From assembly GCA_963781735.1 (NCBI GenBank), contig CAWAHI010000021.1:33906-97905 (forward strand): a stretch of DNA of 64,000 nt. The letters run 5' to 3'. Each line of letters starts with the position of its first letter. Within the stretch, counting starts at the first letter, position 1. This DNA comes from an uncultured Verrucomicrobiae bacterium (GTDB taxonomy: Bacteria > Verrucomicrobiota > Verrucomicrobiia > Chthoniobacterales > UBA10450). The notes under the pieces are model-generated. The model saw only the letters and a program-made list of their open reading frames with translations. It ran no database searches and was not told the origin of the DNA. The position numbers were made by a program, and so were the translations under genes. Shown in pieces: positions 46,972-56,878 of the stretch.

Positions 46972-48309
46972 TCAGCGACGTGCGCTCTCGGCTGCTGCGA
47001 CATCGCCCTCGCGCAAATCGAGTTCTGCTTCTTCCGCTGTTCCAAAAATTCGCGCACGCTTGGCATCGAATTCGCCTTCCCAGCGTGCAATCACCACTGT
47101 CGCCAGACAATTCCCGATCAGGTTCATGGCGGAACGTCCCATGTCCATGATCGCGTCGATCCCCAGCAGAATAGCAACGCCGCTGGCCGCGATCGGCGGC
47201 GGCAGAATGCTGCTCAGCGTCGCCAACAGCACCAGAATGGAGGAACGCGGAACACCGGCGATTCCCTTCGACGTAACCACGAAGGCCAGCATCATCGTTA
47301 GCTGTTGCGCGAATCCGAAGTGCTGATGCGTTATCGGTTCGGCCGCTTCCACGATAAAAACGGAAGTGATCGCAAGAAAGATCATCGAGCCGTCGAGATT
47401 GAACGAGTAACCCGTCGGCATGACGAACCCGACAATTCGCTTCGGAACCCCGAGTCGTTCCATTGCCTGCATTGCTTTTGGCATGGCCGATTCGCTGCTG
47501 GTGGTGGCGAACGCGATCGTCGCCGGTTCGCGCACTGCGCGCACGAACTGCCGCACCGGCACGCGCGCGACGAACATGATGAGGCCAAAGACCAAGACCA
47601 CGAAGAGAATCAGCGCGAGATAGTAGGAGGCGATCAGGTTCCCGAGACTGATCAGCACACCGGGGCCCTGCGTCCCGATCGTGTGCGCCATCGCCGCTGC
47701 CACGCCAAACGGAGCGAAACGCATCACATAATTCGTTAGCTTGAACATCACCTGCGACAGACTCTCCATCGCCACCAGCATGGGCCGGCCTTTCTCACCG
47801 ATGGCGGAGACAGCCATCGCGAACAGCACCGCAAACGCGACGATCTGGAGAATGTCGCCGCGCACCAGCGAATCCACCACGCTCGCCGGAAAGATGTGCA
47901 CCAGTGTCTCGACGAACGTGCGCGGATGCGTTTCGCCGATTTTTTGTGCTGCTTCACCTGCGGCGCCGACGAGCGGCACGCCGACGCCCGGCTTCGTGAT
48001 ATTCACCACGGCGAGGCCGAGAAATAGCGCGACGGTCGTGATGACCTCGAAATAGATGAGCGCCTTCACCCCCATGCGCCCGACTTTGCGCAGGTCGCCG
48101 CCACCGGCGATGCCGACAACCAGCGTCGAAAACACCAGCGGCCCAATGATCGATTTGATCAAATTCAGAAAAATGTCGCGCAGGAAATAGATCGAATTGC
48201 CCCAAGTCGGCCGGAGCCAACCGATGAGCACGCCCACCACCAATCCGATCAGAATCTGGGTGGTGAGCGATGGCCGATACCACACCTGTTGCGTTTTCAG
48301 TTCAGGCAT
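46972..48309 (-). CDS. dicarboxylate/amino acid:cation symporter (DAACS family)
   Basis: ORF track. 445 aa with 'AFATTSSESAMP' and 'GYSFNLDGS' style motifs. Substrate not assignable. Confidence 0.9.
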   Translation of the reverse strand: MPELKTQQVWYRPSLTTQILIGLVVGVLIGWLRPTWGNSIYFLRDIFLNLIKSIIGPLVFSTLVVGIAGGGDLRKVGRMGVKALIYFEVITTVALFLGLAVVNITKPGVGVPLVGAAGEAAQKIGETHPRTFVETLVHIFPASVVDSLVRGDILQIVAFAVLFAMAVSAIGEKGRPMLVAMESLSQVMFKLTNYVMRFAPFGVAAAMAHTIGTQGPGVLISLGNLIASYYLALILFVVLVFGLIMFVARVPVRQFVRAVREPATIAFATTSSESAMPKAMQAMERLGVPKRIVGFVMPTGYSFNLDGSMIFLAITSVFIVEAAEPITHQHFGFAQQLTMMLAFVVTSKGIAGVPRSSILVLLATLSSILPPPIAASGVAILLGIDAIMDMGRSAMNLIGNCLATVVIARWEGEFDAKRARIFGTAEEAELDLREGDVAAAESARR

Positions 48310-48349
48310 TGCAAGGATGTTGTAAAGGTCGCGCGACTCAGCGGCAATT

Positions 48350-49517
48350 ATGTTTCTTACTCATCTCGTTTGCAGCGCGTGCGACACCGAGCACGATGCC
48401 GCCTGGTTACAAAATCTCTGCACCAAATGCCAGAAACCGTTACTCGCGAAATACGATCTCAAGACGGTTTCACGGAAGCTCACCCGCCAAAAATTGCGCG
48501 CGCGCGCCGATAGCAGCTTGTGGCGATTCCGAGAGCTGCTGCCATTGCCGCAAAATGTTGACCCGGTATCGCTCGGTGAAGGCGGAACGCCTTTGCTTCG
48601 CGCAGACCGTTTCGGCGACCAGCTCGGCTTGGCGGACTTGTGGATCAAAGATGAATCGATCAACCCGACGCAAAGTTTCAAAGCCCGCGGAATGTCAGTC
48701 GCCGTTTCGATGGCGAAACATCTCGGTGCGACCAAACTCGCGGTGCCGAGCGCCGGAAACGCCGGTAGCGCGCTTGCCGCCTACGCCGCCCGCGCCGGAT
48801 TAGAGGCGCACATCTTCATGCCCTACGACACTCCGAAGCTAAACGTCATTGAGTGCCGTGAGCTCGGTGCCCGGGTCCAGTTAATCGATGGACTGATCAC
48901 CGACTGCGCGGCACAGATCGCCCGCCGCAAAACGCAGGAAGAATGGTTCGAAATGTCGACGCTGAAGGAACCGTATCGGCTCGAAGGCAAAAAGACACTC
49001 GGCTACGAGCTGGCCGAACAACTCGGCTGGCGGCTGCCCGATGTGATCCTTTATCCAACCGGCGGTGGCACGGGACTCATTGGAATGTGGAAAGCGTTCG
49101 AGGAGATGGAAGCGCTTGGCTGGATCGACGCCAAACGTCCACGCATGTATTCCGTGCAAGCTTCAGGTTGCGCACCGATTGTTCGTGCGTTCGAAGCCGG
49201 CGCCGACCACGCCGTCGAATTTCCGAATGCGCAGACCCGCGCCTCGGGCTTGCGCGTGCCAAAAGCAATCGGCGATTTCCTCATGCTCCGAATCCTGCGG
49301 GAATCGGGTGGGGGCGCGATTGCGATCGACGATGACGAAATGATCCGGGTCACGCGCGAAGTAGGCGGAGCCGAAGGCCTCTTCATCGCTCCGGAAGGCG
49401 CCGCCTGTTTCGCCGCGTTGCGTTCGCCTCATCGATTCCGGCACGATCAAAGTCGACGAGCAAGTTGTCGTGTTCAACACCGGCTCCGGCATCAAGTATC
49501 TCGAATGCTATGGATGA
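48350..49517 (+). CDS. thrC: threonine synthase, frame-disrupted near the 3' end as assembled
   Basis: ORF track 48350..49549. N-terminal Zn-ribbon-like '[11 protein letters not shown]...[14 protein letters not shown]' and PLP motif '[11 protein letters not shown]'. After ...[11 protein letters not shown] the conserved end [29 protein letters not shown] is in the next frame (stop 49515-49517). Length is 1168 nt (3n+1). Confidence 0.85.
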
Positions 49518-49700
49518 CTGCGCTTCGGTTCGTCCCGTTAAAGCGTTGAAACGTTCTGCCTTCGTCCCGCAGTCGCGGGACTACGGCGCGACAAGTAAAT
49601 CGTTGAATCGTTAATTGGTAGGGGAGACTCTGTCGAGCCACGGTTTTTTTGCCCTCTCCTTCTCCCTCGGCTCTCTGCCAGTCCGGCACGGACCTCGGTC

Positions 49701-50171
49701 CTAATCTTTGCCCGTGATCGGCGTCACCTGGTTGGCCACCAATTGCCAGCCTCCGGATGTTTTAACCCAGACCGTCATACTTTGGAAATCACCGTTCACC
49801 GATTTTCCACTGTATTTCCCCTTGATTGTTACCCGGCTGGTTGAGATGGCTGCGTCGTTTCCGTAAACTCGCACCTTAATATCGCCGCCCAAGGTGATGG
49901 TATCGAAGGAGGTCGCGCGCGAGTCGAGATTGGCGAGGCGTTGAGCTTTCGTGAGGATCGCCCCCGCGCCATTGATGAACGTGTAATCATCCGCCCAGAT
50001 TTGCTTCAGCGCGGTGGCGTCATGCTGCGTCAGCGCCGTGCGATATTTCTCCAGCGCATCCCTGACTTCTTTCTCTGTTTCCGCGTTGGCCGAGCCACCT
50101 TGGGCGAAGACACCGGTGGGGAACCCGAGCAGCAGTGTTAAAGTAGCAACGATTAAAACGTAACGTTTCAT
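49701..50171 (-). CDS. secreted DUF4440 / SnoaL-like protein
   Basis: ORF track. Signal peptide MKRYVLIVATLTLLLGFPTGVFA. '...VWVKTSGGWQLVANQVTPI'. Confidence 0.7.
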   Translation of the reverse strand: MKRYVLIVATLTLLLGFPTGVFAQGGSANAETEKEVRDALEKYRTALTQHDATALKQIWADDYTFINGAGAILTKAQRLANLDSRATSFDTITLGGDIKVRVYGNDAAISTSRVTIKGKYSGKSVNGDFQSMTVWVKTSGGWQLVANQVTPITGKD

Positions 50172-50327
50172 AAGAACTCCTTGGTAGATGGATTAAATCC
50201 AACCGTCTCGCTCACGATCAGCAAAGCAAGCTGTTTCGTTCTAATAGGAAGGCACGACTTTCTGACCTCTGCCCTCCGATTTTCGACCTCTCACCTCTCA
50301 CTAATCACTTTTCCCTTCCTGCACCGC

Positions 50328-51371
50328 CTACGGCGCCGCACTCTGCGGCTCCGGCAAATAGAAGAAAAGAATCCCGAGAATCACATAGACCGAGAGAAGT
50401 TGGACGCCTTCGATCCAGTTTGTCTCGCCGTCGCCACTGATCTGAAACAGGATATAAACCGAGGCCACGACCGCGAAAACTTCCGGCATTGTGAATTCCA
50501 GGTCCATCGGCCGCCCAAGAACGTAGGAGAGAAAAATCAGTACCGGCGCGACGAAAAGCGCGATTTGCAAACTCGAGCCGATCGCGATGCCGACGCTCAG
50601 GTTCATCTTGTTTTTCATCGCCATGAGGATGGCGGTCGAGTGCTCGGCTGCGTTACCTACAATCGCCACCACGATCACACCGATAAAGACCTCGGTCACG
50701 CCGACGGAGTGCCGGACGTTTTCGATCGTGCCGACAAGAAACTCCGAGAGCAGGGCGACCACAGCGGTGGAAATGAGAAGGATTAGAAGCGCCCTGCCGC
50801 GCGACCATTGCCTGCCGCTTTCTTCGACAGCTTCCTCAGCGCATTGGAAGAAATATTTATGAGTCCGGAGCGAGAAACCGAGCACGCAGAAGTAGGTAAG
50901 AAACAGGACGATGGCGATGCCCAACGAGAGCTTCTGCTCAGCCAGCGGGCTCCAACCAGCGGGGCTGGAATGAGCGGTGAGGTGAAAGAGCGTCGGGATT
51001 ATTAATCCGATCGCGGCCAGCGAGAGCGAGACGACTGAAGTGCGTGCCCCGGCGCGGTTGAAATATTGTTCTTTGTGTTTGACGCCGCCGAAAAGAATGG
51101 AGAGGCCGAGCACAAGCAACACGTTGCCGATGATCGATCCGGTAATGGAAGCTTTGACCACATTGGTCAGCCCTTTGGAAAGGGCGATGCCCGCGATGAT
51201 GAGCTCGGCGGCGTTGCCGAAAGTGGCATTGAGCAATCCGCCCAGGCCTTCTCCGACGCGGACGGCGAGTGCCTCGGTGGCGCGCCCGATCCAGCCCGCC
51301 ACCGGAATGATCCCGAGCGCGGAACAAACAAAGAGCACAGTCGGACTGCCACCTCCTGGCCAGAAGCGCAA
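50328..51371 (-). CDS. Ca2+/H+ antiporter (CaCA/CAX family)
   Basis: ORF track (TTG start). Duplicated alpha-repeat motifs 'GNAAELIIAGIAL' and 'GNAAEHSTAILMA'. The frame stays open upstream to 51461 and encodes a further TM helix without any ATG/GTG/TTG, so the true start is unresolved. Confidence 0.85.
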   Translation of the reverse strand: MRFWPGGGSPTVLFVCSALGIIPVAGWIGRATEALAVRVGEGLGGLLNATFGNAAELIIAGIALSKGLTNVVKASITGSIIGNVLLVLGLSILFGGVKHKEQYFNRAGARTSVVSLSLAAIGLIIPTLFHLTAHSSPAGWSPLAEQKLSLGIAIVLFLTYFCVLGFSLRTHKYFFQCAEEAVEESGRQWSRGRALLILLISTAVVALLSEFLVGTIENVRHSVGVTEVFIGVIVVAIVGNAAEHSTAILMAMKNKMNLSVGIAIGSSLQIALFVAPVLIFLSYVLGRPMDLEFTMPEVFAVVASVYILFQISGDGETNWIEGVQLLSVYVILGILFFYLPEPQSAAP

Positions 51372-51683
51372 CAGGATCGCGAGCAGAACGAAGATAAGAA
51401 GCCAGTCGAGGGACGGTTTGATTTTCAGATGTCTGAGAATTTCGCGAGTTGCTTCGGCTAATCAACCTGTCTGTCGGGTAGCGGACCGCGTCGAAAGGTA
51501 GAGGGCGTCGGGGGAGCTCGTCGGTGCCGACACCAGCAGCTTGAGTCATCCTGTTTAGCGACGCTTATGTCACGCCCCGTTTTGCTTCGCGTTGTTCCTC
51601 GCCGTTGCAGCCGACCCCACCCGCCAGGCTCTGGTCGGCCAAATCAGACGGACTCGTCCTGCGGTGGCGCTAAGCATTAGCGT

Positions 51684-52583
51684 GTGCGGTGCGTATGGTT
51701 GAACCACCGCATGATTCGATTAAATCCATTTTGGCCGGCACGTGGTTGGGCAGGGCTGTTGTTGGTAGCGGTTTGCTGGCCGCTCAACTGGATGGTGCCT
51801 GGCGTCCGGACCTCCTGGCTGTTCTTCCCGCTTTGGCTCGGATATATTCTCGTGGTCGACGCTCTAGTCTCGACCCGCGCTGGCAATTCGCTCTGGTCGC
51901 GCTCACGAAAAAGTTTTGTGCTGCTCTTTTGTTTTTCGGCACCGATCTGGTGGTTATTCGAATTGATCAACCTGCGTACTGCGAACTGGCAGTATCTGGG
52001 CCGCGAACTGTTCAGTCCGCTCGAGTTCAATTTGCTTTGCACAATCGCGTTCTCGACTGTCATTCCGGCAGTATTTGAAACCGCGGAGCTGATCCAGACC
52101 TTTCGTTGGACGCATTTTTTCAATTCCGGCCCACGCGTGGCCGCAACACCGCGGCTGTTTGTCGTGCTATTTGTTGCCGGCCTCGTCATGCTGATATCGC
52201 TGCTCGCCTGGCCGAAAATCTTTTATCCGTTCACCTGGATTTCGCTCGTTTTGATTTTCGAACCGATTAACCACTGGACGGGCCGGCCGCATTTTCTCAA
52301 AAAACTGAGCGACGGCGACTGGCGCATCGTCCTTTCGCTCGCATTGGGCGCGCTGATCTGCGGCTTCTTCTGGGAGATGTGGAACTATTACTCGTTTCCG
52401 AAATGGGTTTATCACACTCCGGGCACGGAGTTTTTGCGTATTTTCGAAATGCCCCTGCTCGGCTATGGCGGTTACATCCCATTCGCTCTGGAACTTTACG
52501 CGTTAAAGAGTTTCTTCTGGCCGACCGGACCGCGGCTCGTCTCCGAGCTCTCCACGGCGAGTCTTCAACCGGAGCGGCATTAA
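51684..52583 (+). CDS. hypothetical polytopic membrane protein
   Basis: ORF track. About 7 hydrophobic helices, Trp-rich (…FFWEMWNYYSFPKWVYHTPG…). No family recognised. Alternative start MIRLNPFW at 51711. Confidence 0.5.
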   Translation: MRCVWLNHRMIRLNPFWPARGWAGLLLVAVCWPLNWMVPGVRTSWLFFPLWLGYILVVDALVSTRAGNSLWSRSRKSFVLLFCFSAPIWWLFELINLRTANWQYLGRELFSPLEFNLLCTIAFSTVIPAVFETAELIQTFRWTHFFNSGPRVAATPRLFVVLFVAGLVMLISLLAWPKIFYPFTWISLVLIFEPINHWTGRPHFLKKLSDGDWRIVLSLALGALICGFFWEMWNYYSFPKWVYHTPGTEFLRIFEMPLLGYGGYIPFALELYALKSFFWPTGPRLVSELSTASLQPERH

Positions 52584-52751
52584 TGTTGGTGAATGGTCGA
52601 ATGCTTTAAACAGTCGAGATGGACCGGAATGCGTCCGTCTATCGTACGCGGGCGGCCTTTTCTTCCTCAGAATGAAATTGCGGCCGACACGGCCGGCGCT
52701 ACAGCGGAAAAATTTGCGAACGATCAACCTGTCACTAAAAATTGTGCCAAT

Positions 52752-53189
52752 ATGATTCTGCGAATTTTTCTTGGCGGGTTGCTGGCGGTCTCGGTGGTTC
52801 GGGCGCAAAGCCCCGGTCCGGACAACCAGGACCAGGCGGCACTCATTGCCTTGGAGAATGAGTGGCTGGCGAATTTGCATAACCCAGCGGTGCTCGAAAA
52901 GATCCTTGCTTCTGATTTTGTGCATCCGCTTCCGACCGGCGATTTCGTGACCAAAGCGCAGCACATTCAGTTTTCATCGACGCATCTGCCACCGCCCAAT
53001 CGGAAACAGCGGTTCGATCAGATGCAGGTGCGGGTTTATGGCGATGTCGGGGTCGTTAACGGAATTGTTCTAACGACTGATGAACAGGGTCGCGAGGTGG
53101 AGCGAACAATTTTCACCGACGTTTTCGTCCGGCGTAATGGACGCTGGGAGGCGGTCAATGCGCAGGAGAATGCGGTCAGTCATCGCTAA
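52752..53189 (+). CDS. secreted DUF4440 / SnoaL-like protein
   Basis: ORF track 52593..53189. ATG at 52752 gives the signal peptide MILRIFLGGLLAVSVVRA. '...FVRRNGRWEAVNAQE'. Confidence 0.7.
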   Translation: MILRIFLGGLLAVSVVRAQSPGPDNQDQAALIALENEWLANLHNPAVLEKILASDFVHPLPTGDFVTKAQHIQFSSTHLPPPNRKQRFDQMQVRVYGDVGVVNGIVLTTDEQGREVERTIFTDVFVRRNGRWEAVNAQENAVSHR

Positions 53190-53341
53190 GCGCCAAGCAG
53201 AAAGCAAAGAGGAGAACGGAGAAAGGACATCGAACGCCGAACATGGAAGGCCGAACGCCGAATGACAGAGGAACGGGAATGCGGCCGATACGGCCGCTCC
53301 TACAGCTTTGACTTGCTTGCCGCGGGCCGTACCGTTTCGGA

Positions 53342-53989
53342 GTGAAGGACGGAGGTTGGCGAGAGCGATTGCTGGAAAGCACGCGGGGTCGAATTCTTCA
53401 GCAGCTGCGGGCACGCGAACAAACCGTGAATGAGCTGGCAGCCACGCTCAAGCTCACCGATAACGCGGTTCGCGCTCATCTTCTCAGTCTGGAACGCGAC
53501 GGTCTCGTCCAGCAGACTGGAATCCAGCCGGGGTTCCGAAAGCCCCATGCGCTCTACGGACTGACCTCGCAATCCGAAGAAATTTTCCCCAAGGCTTATG
53601 GGGCGCTGCTCGATCTGGTGTTGTCGGTGTTCGAGCGCAAGGTGGCGCCGGCCGAATTGGACGCGGGTATGCGTGAAGTGGGCCGGCACGTGGCGGCGTT
53701 GCATGCGGGCGAGGTGAAAGGGAAATCGTGGGAGCAGCGGATCGAGGCGGCGCTCGCGATTCTGCAAGAACTCGGCGGTTCGGCCACATTCGAGGAGAGT
53801 GAAGGCAAGCATTTCATTCGCGGGAATGGTTGCCCAATGGCAGCAGCAACTGCTCGGCACCCTGCGGCCTGCCTGATTGCAGAGTCGCTGTTGACGGAAT
53901 TGCTCGGTGTTCCCGTCAAGCAGCGATGCCGCCATAACGGGGCACCCTCCTGTTTGTTTGAGATTGGCGCGTCGAAAGCTCGGCCGTAG
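53342..53989 (+). CDS. ArsR-type winged-helix transcriptional regulator with a Cys-rich C-terminal domain
   Basis: ORF track (GTG start). wHTH 'RGRILQQLRAREQTVNELAATLKLTDNAVRAHLLSLERDGLV'. The C-terminal domain has four cysteines (GNGCP...AACL...RCRHNGAPSCLFEI). Confidence 0.7.
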   Translation: MKDGGWRERLLESTRGRILQQLRAREQTVNELAATLKLTDNAVRAHLLSLERDGLVQQTGIQPGFRKPHALYGLTSQSEEIFPKAYGALLDLVLSVFERKVAPAELDAGMREVGRHVAALHAGEVKGKSWEQRIEAALAILQELGGSATFEESEGKHFIRGNGCPMAAATARHPAACLIAESLLTELLGVPVKQRCRHNGAPSCLFEIGASKARP

Positions 53990-54808
53990 TTACTGGACAA
54001 CAACGACACCCTTCATCTCCGGATGAAAAGTGCAGAAGTACGGAAATGTCCCTGGGCTGGAAAAGGTATGGCGCCAGGAAGCGCCGGGGTCTATCGAGCC
54101 GGAATTGAGGTCGCCGCCTCCTTCTGAGGTCACCGTGTGCGGCGTCAGATCATCGTTCGCCCATTCAATCGTTTCGCCTGTTCTTATTTGGATTGTTTGC
54201 CGCGAATATTTTAGCGCCCGAATCGTAACGCGCGCCGCGGCAGTGGCAGCCGTGGTGTCGGACGGAATAGCAGGCGCGACTTCGGTCGCCGCTGACTTAG
54301 GCAATTTTTTCGGCGGCGGTTCGTTCCGGAATTCGCGGTGCCGTATTTTTCCTCCAGCATAGGCGATATAGCCGCCGACTCCGAGTGTAATCGCGCCGAG
54401 CACCAGAACGGCAGCGGCAAGCCAGAGCGATGATCTCGGCCATTTGACTGGCACGATCAGAGCTATCGCGCTCAAAACCGCGACAGCGTAGAAGCACCAT
54501 ATCAAGTGTTCGGCACGTTCCCTGTGTGTAGCGAGCCACGCCTGGCCGTCACTGTCGGCCATGGACAAAACGCGGTCGTAGGCCTGTTCGCCGTATTCGT
54601 ACACAGGCCATGCGACGGCTGTGCTTATGAGCACAACGAGGAGAGCGGCGATTGTGGCCGCGCGACTGCGCTGACAAATCGCCGCGAGTAGGCCGATCAG
54701 GCCCATAGCCAAACCGTAAACAGGCAAGGGATTGATTAGGACGTGAACGTATTCAGGCTGGTGCAGATCTCGCAGGATAGCCTCGATCATTTGAACTTCG
54801 CTAAACAA
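53990..54808 (-). CDS. membrane protein with a C-terminal cupredoxin (plastocyanin/azurin-like) domain
   Basis: ORF track. Five N-terminal TM helices. The C-terminal 'TPHTVTS...FPYFCTFHPEMKGVVVV' fits a type-1 copper ligand pattern (H...C..H....M). Confidence 0.75.
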   Translation of the reverse strand: MFSEVQMIEAILRDLHQPEYVHVLINPLPVYGLAMGLIGLLAAICQRSRAATIAALLVVLISTAVAWPVYEYGEQAYDRVLSMADSDGQAWLATHRERAEHLIWCFYAVAVLSAIALIVPVKWPRSSLWLAAAVLVLGAITLGVGGYIAYAGGKIRHREFRNEPPPKKLPKSAATEVAPAIPSDTTAATAAARVTIRALKYSRQTIQIRTGETIEWANDDLTPHTVTSEGGGDLNSGSIDPGASWRHTFSSPGTFPYFCTFHPEMKGVVVVQ

Positions 54809-54923
54809 CTGCCCGCCGTGGCGCAGCCGGCTCGGCGCAGTTCATGGCTTTCGCATCACAGCGCGCGGCGCCCTCCCGCTCCTCGTGAGAGGGCGCTGTC
54901 GCTATCGTCATCGAACTTAGAAC

Positions 54924-55457
54924 CTACTTAAGTGAGGCTTGTATCTCTTTCGCGTGGTTGAGGTGCGAACTGAAGACGGGGCCCGCGCTTTCAAGCAGCG
55001 ACTTCAGCTCGGCGTTCTTCGCATTCGGAATAAGCGTGTCATTGACCGCTTTTATCACCGCCTCGTGATAGCTGACCTCATTGTCGATGTAAGCCTTATC
55101 AAACGCTGCACCAGTCAGCCCCTTGAGTTTGGTCATCATTTTGTCGCCATCGGATTTCAGGCTGCGGCTGGTTGCGCTTGCCTCCGGTGTGAGGTTGAGC
55201 TTCTTCGCGAGCTGTGTCGCCTGGTTATTCACCGAGGTGTGATCTCGCACCATGAGCTCGGCGAAATCCTTCACTTTGGGATTCGTCGTTTTTTCGGCGG
55301 CGAGTTTGCCGGCATCAATATCGATGGTGTCGGCCGTCACGGCGATCATTGCGATCTGGGGATCGGTTGGTGGTGCCGCGGATTTTTCCTGGGCGGCAAA
55401 AGCAATGGTGGCCGCGAGGGCGACGCAGGTGAAAGTGAGCAATATCGGTTTAATCAT
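54924..55457 (-). CDS. DUF4142 domain-containing secreted protein
   Basis: ORF track. Signal peptide, then two ferritin-like repeats with 'FAELMVRDHT' and 'YIDNEVSYHEAV'. Confidence 0.8.
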   Translation of the reverse strand: MIKPILLTFTCVALAATIAFAAQEKSAAPPTDPQIAMIAVTADTIDIDAGKLAAEKTTNPKVKDFAELMVRDHTSVNNQATQLAKKLNLTPEASATSRSLKSDGDKMMTKLKGLTGAAFDKAYIDNEVSYHEAVIKAVNDTLIPNAKNAELKSLLESAGPVFSSHLNHAKEIQASLK

Positions 55458-55858
55458 GATGATCCTCCTTCGGAATAGTTGAGAGTTTATCTCGCGACGG
55501 AGGTTCTTTCCGTGCGAGCGAAATCCACCATCAAAGCGGGTGCCAATAAGTCAAGTAATATTTTGACTTATTGGGGCGACCGGCCCCGGAGGAAGTGCGG
55601 CACCCTTCTCTATTATATATAGGTTTTTCAACTCATCCGTAGGGAAACCGCTCTGCAGTTGCCGGCGGCTTGCCGGCGACACTTATCACAGGTGGAGGCG
55701 GTTGTGCTCTTGCCAAACAGTCTCGGCAAGCTGCCGAGAGTCCGAGCCGGACAGGCATAGCAGGCTGGCAGCATGTGCTTCCCAGAATGGGATCGCAGCA
55801 AAAAAAAGCCGCCGAGGTGTGGATCCCGGCGGCTGCTTTTTGTTTTGTTTAAGTTTCG

Positions 55859-56878
55859 TTAACTCATTCCCAGCGCATCGAGCGTTGGTTCGTCAATGGC
55901 CGCGGTGGTATAGAGCCCGTGATCGGCCTGGTAAGCGGTCAACGCTTCCCGGGTTATTGGACCGAGCAATCCGTCTACTTCACCGCCATAATAACCCATG
56001 TCCTTGAGTGCGGCTTGGACGTCGGCGATGACCTGATCGGGCGGTTCGGCGCGCTGCCCGACGTAGATCGGGCCGTCATAGGCATAGTATTGCGCGGCGG
56101 GATCGTAACCCCAGGCCGGATACCAGTAGCCATTATTGAAGTAGTAGTAGCCGCCACCGATCATCTCGACCCGACTGAAGTTTGACCGGTACCAACCGGA
56201 ATCGTGCCAGGCAGGCTGGTAGGCACGGAATACTTCATACCGCGGCCCCTGCCAGCGCTCGGCGCCAACGATGCGATAGTTCTGATTGAACGTTACCGTT
56301 TGAACTTTCTCGGGTTTTGGCTGCGCACGGAAGCTGGTGTGTGCTGCCTTGATCTGTTGAACATTAACCGTTTTGCCGTTCTTGCCGACGGTTCCAGATT
56401 TAATCTTGGCTGTGCCTGAAGCGGCCGAAGTCCCTGCCGTTGCGGCCGGATTCGGGCTCCCCGTTTTCATCGCAGCTTCGGCGTGCGCTGCGCCCTTATT
56501 CTTATTTTTCCCCGCGCCTTCGTTGACGGTCGCGTTAGCGTTCTCCGTCGCAGCCGGGCTAGTAGCAGCTTCGGTGTGTGCGGCGCCCTTACCCTTGTGC
56601 TTTCCGTGCTCCTGAGTGGCGTTGACATTTGCGCTCTCACTCGCGGCAGGGGTGTGGGCCATAGTCGGCGCATGTTCCTCATGTTTTGCCGCGCCCTTCC
56701 CGGGCTTTGTCCCCGCGTGGGCGCCAGCAGCAGTGGCCTGCGGGTGCGCCTGCGCCTGGCTAGACTGTTGTGATTTCTTCTCTTTTTTTGCTTTTTGCTG
56801 TTCTTCGTCCTGCTGAGCCATGGCAATGGCGCCCAGCATCAGCGAACAGCTGATCAATGCTGTTATAAATGTTTTCAT
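55859..56878 (-). CDS. secreted protein with an Ala/Lys/His/Gly-rich low-complexity region and a C-terminal peptidoglycan-binding (PG_binding_1-like) domain
   Basis: ORF track. Signal peptide MKTFITALISCSLMLGAIAMA. Repeated '...GK(H/N)K(G/N)KGAAH(T/A)EAA...' modules. C-terminal 'ALKDMGYYGGEVDGLLGPITREALTAYQ'. Confidence 0.75.
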   Translation of the reverse strand: MKTFITALISCSLMLGAIAMAQQDEEQQKAKKEKKSQQSSQAQAHPQATAAGAHAGTKPGKGAAKHEEHAPTMAHTPAASESANVNATQEHGKHKGKGAAHTEAATSPAATENANATVNEGAGKNKNKGAAHAEAAMKTGSPNPAATAGTSAASGTAKIKSGTVGKNGKTVNVQQIKAAHTSFRAQPKPEKVQTVTFNQNYRIVGAERWQGPRYEVFRAYQPAWHDSGWYRSNFSRVEMIGGGYYYFNNGYWYPAWGYDPAAQYYAYDGPIYVGQRAEPPDQVIADVQAALKDMGYYGGEVDGLLGPITREALTAYQADHGLYTTAAIDEPTLDALGMS

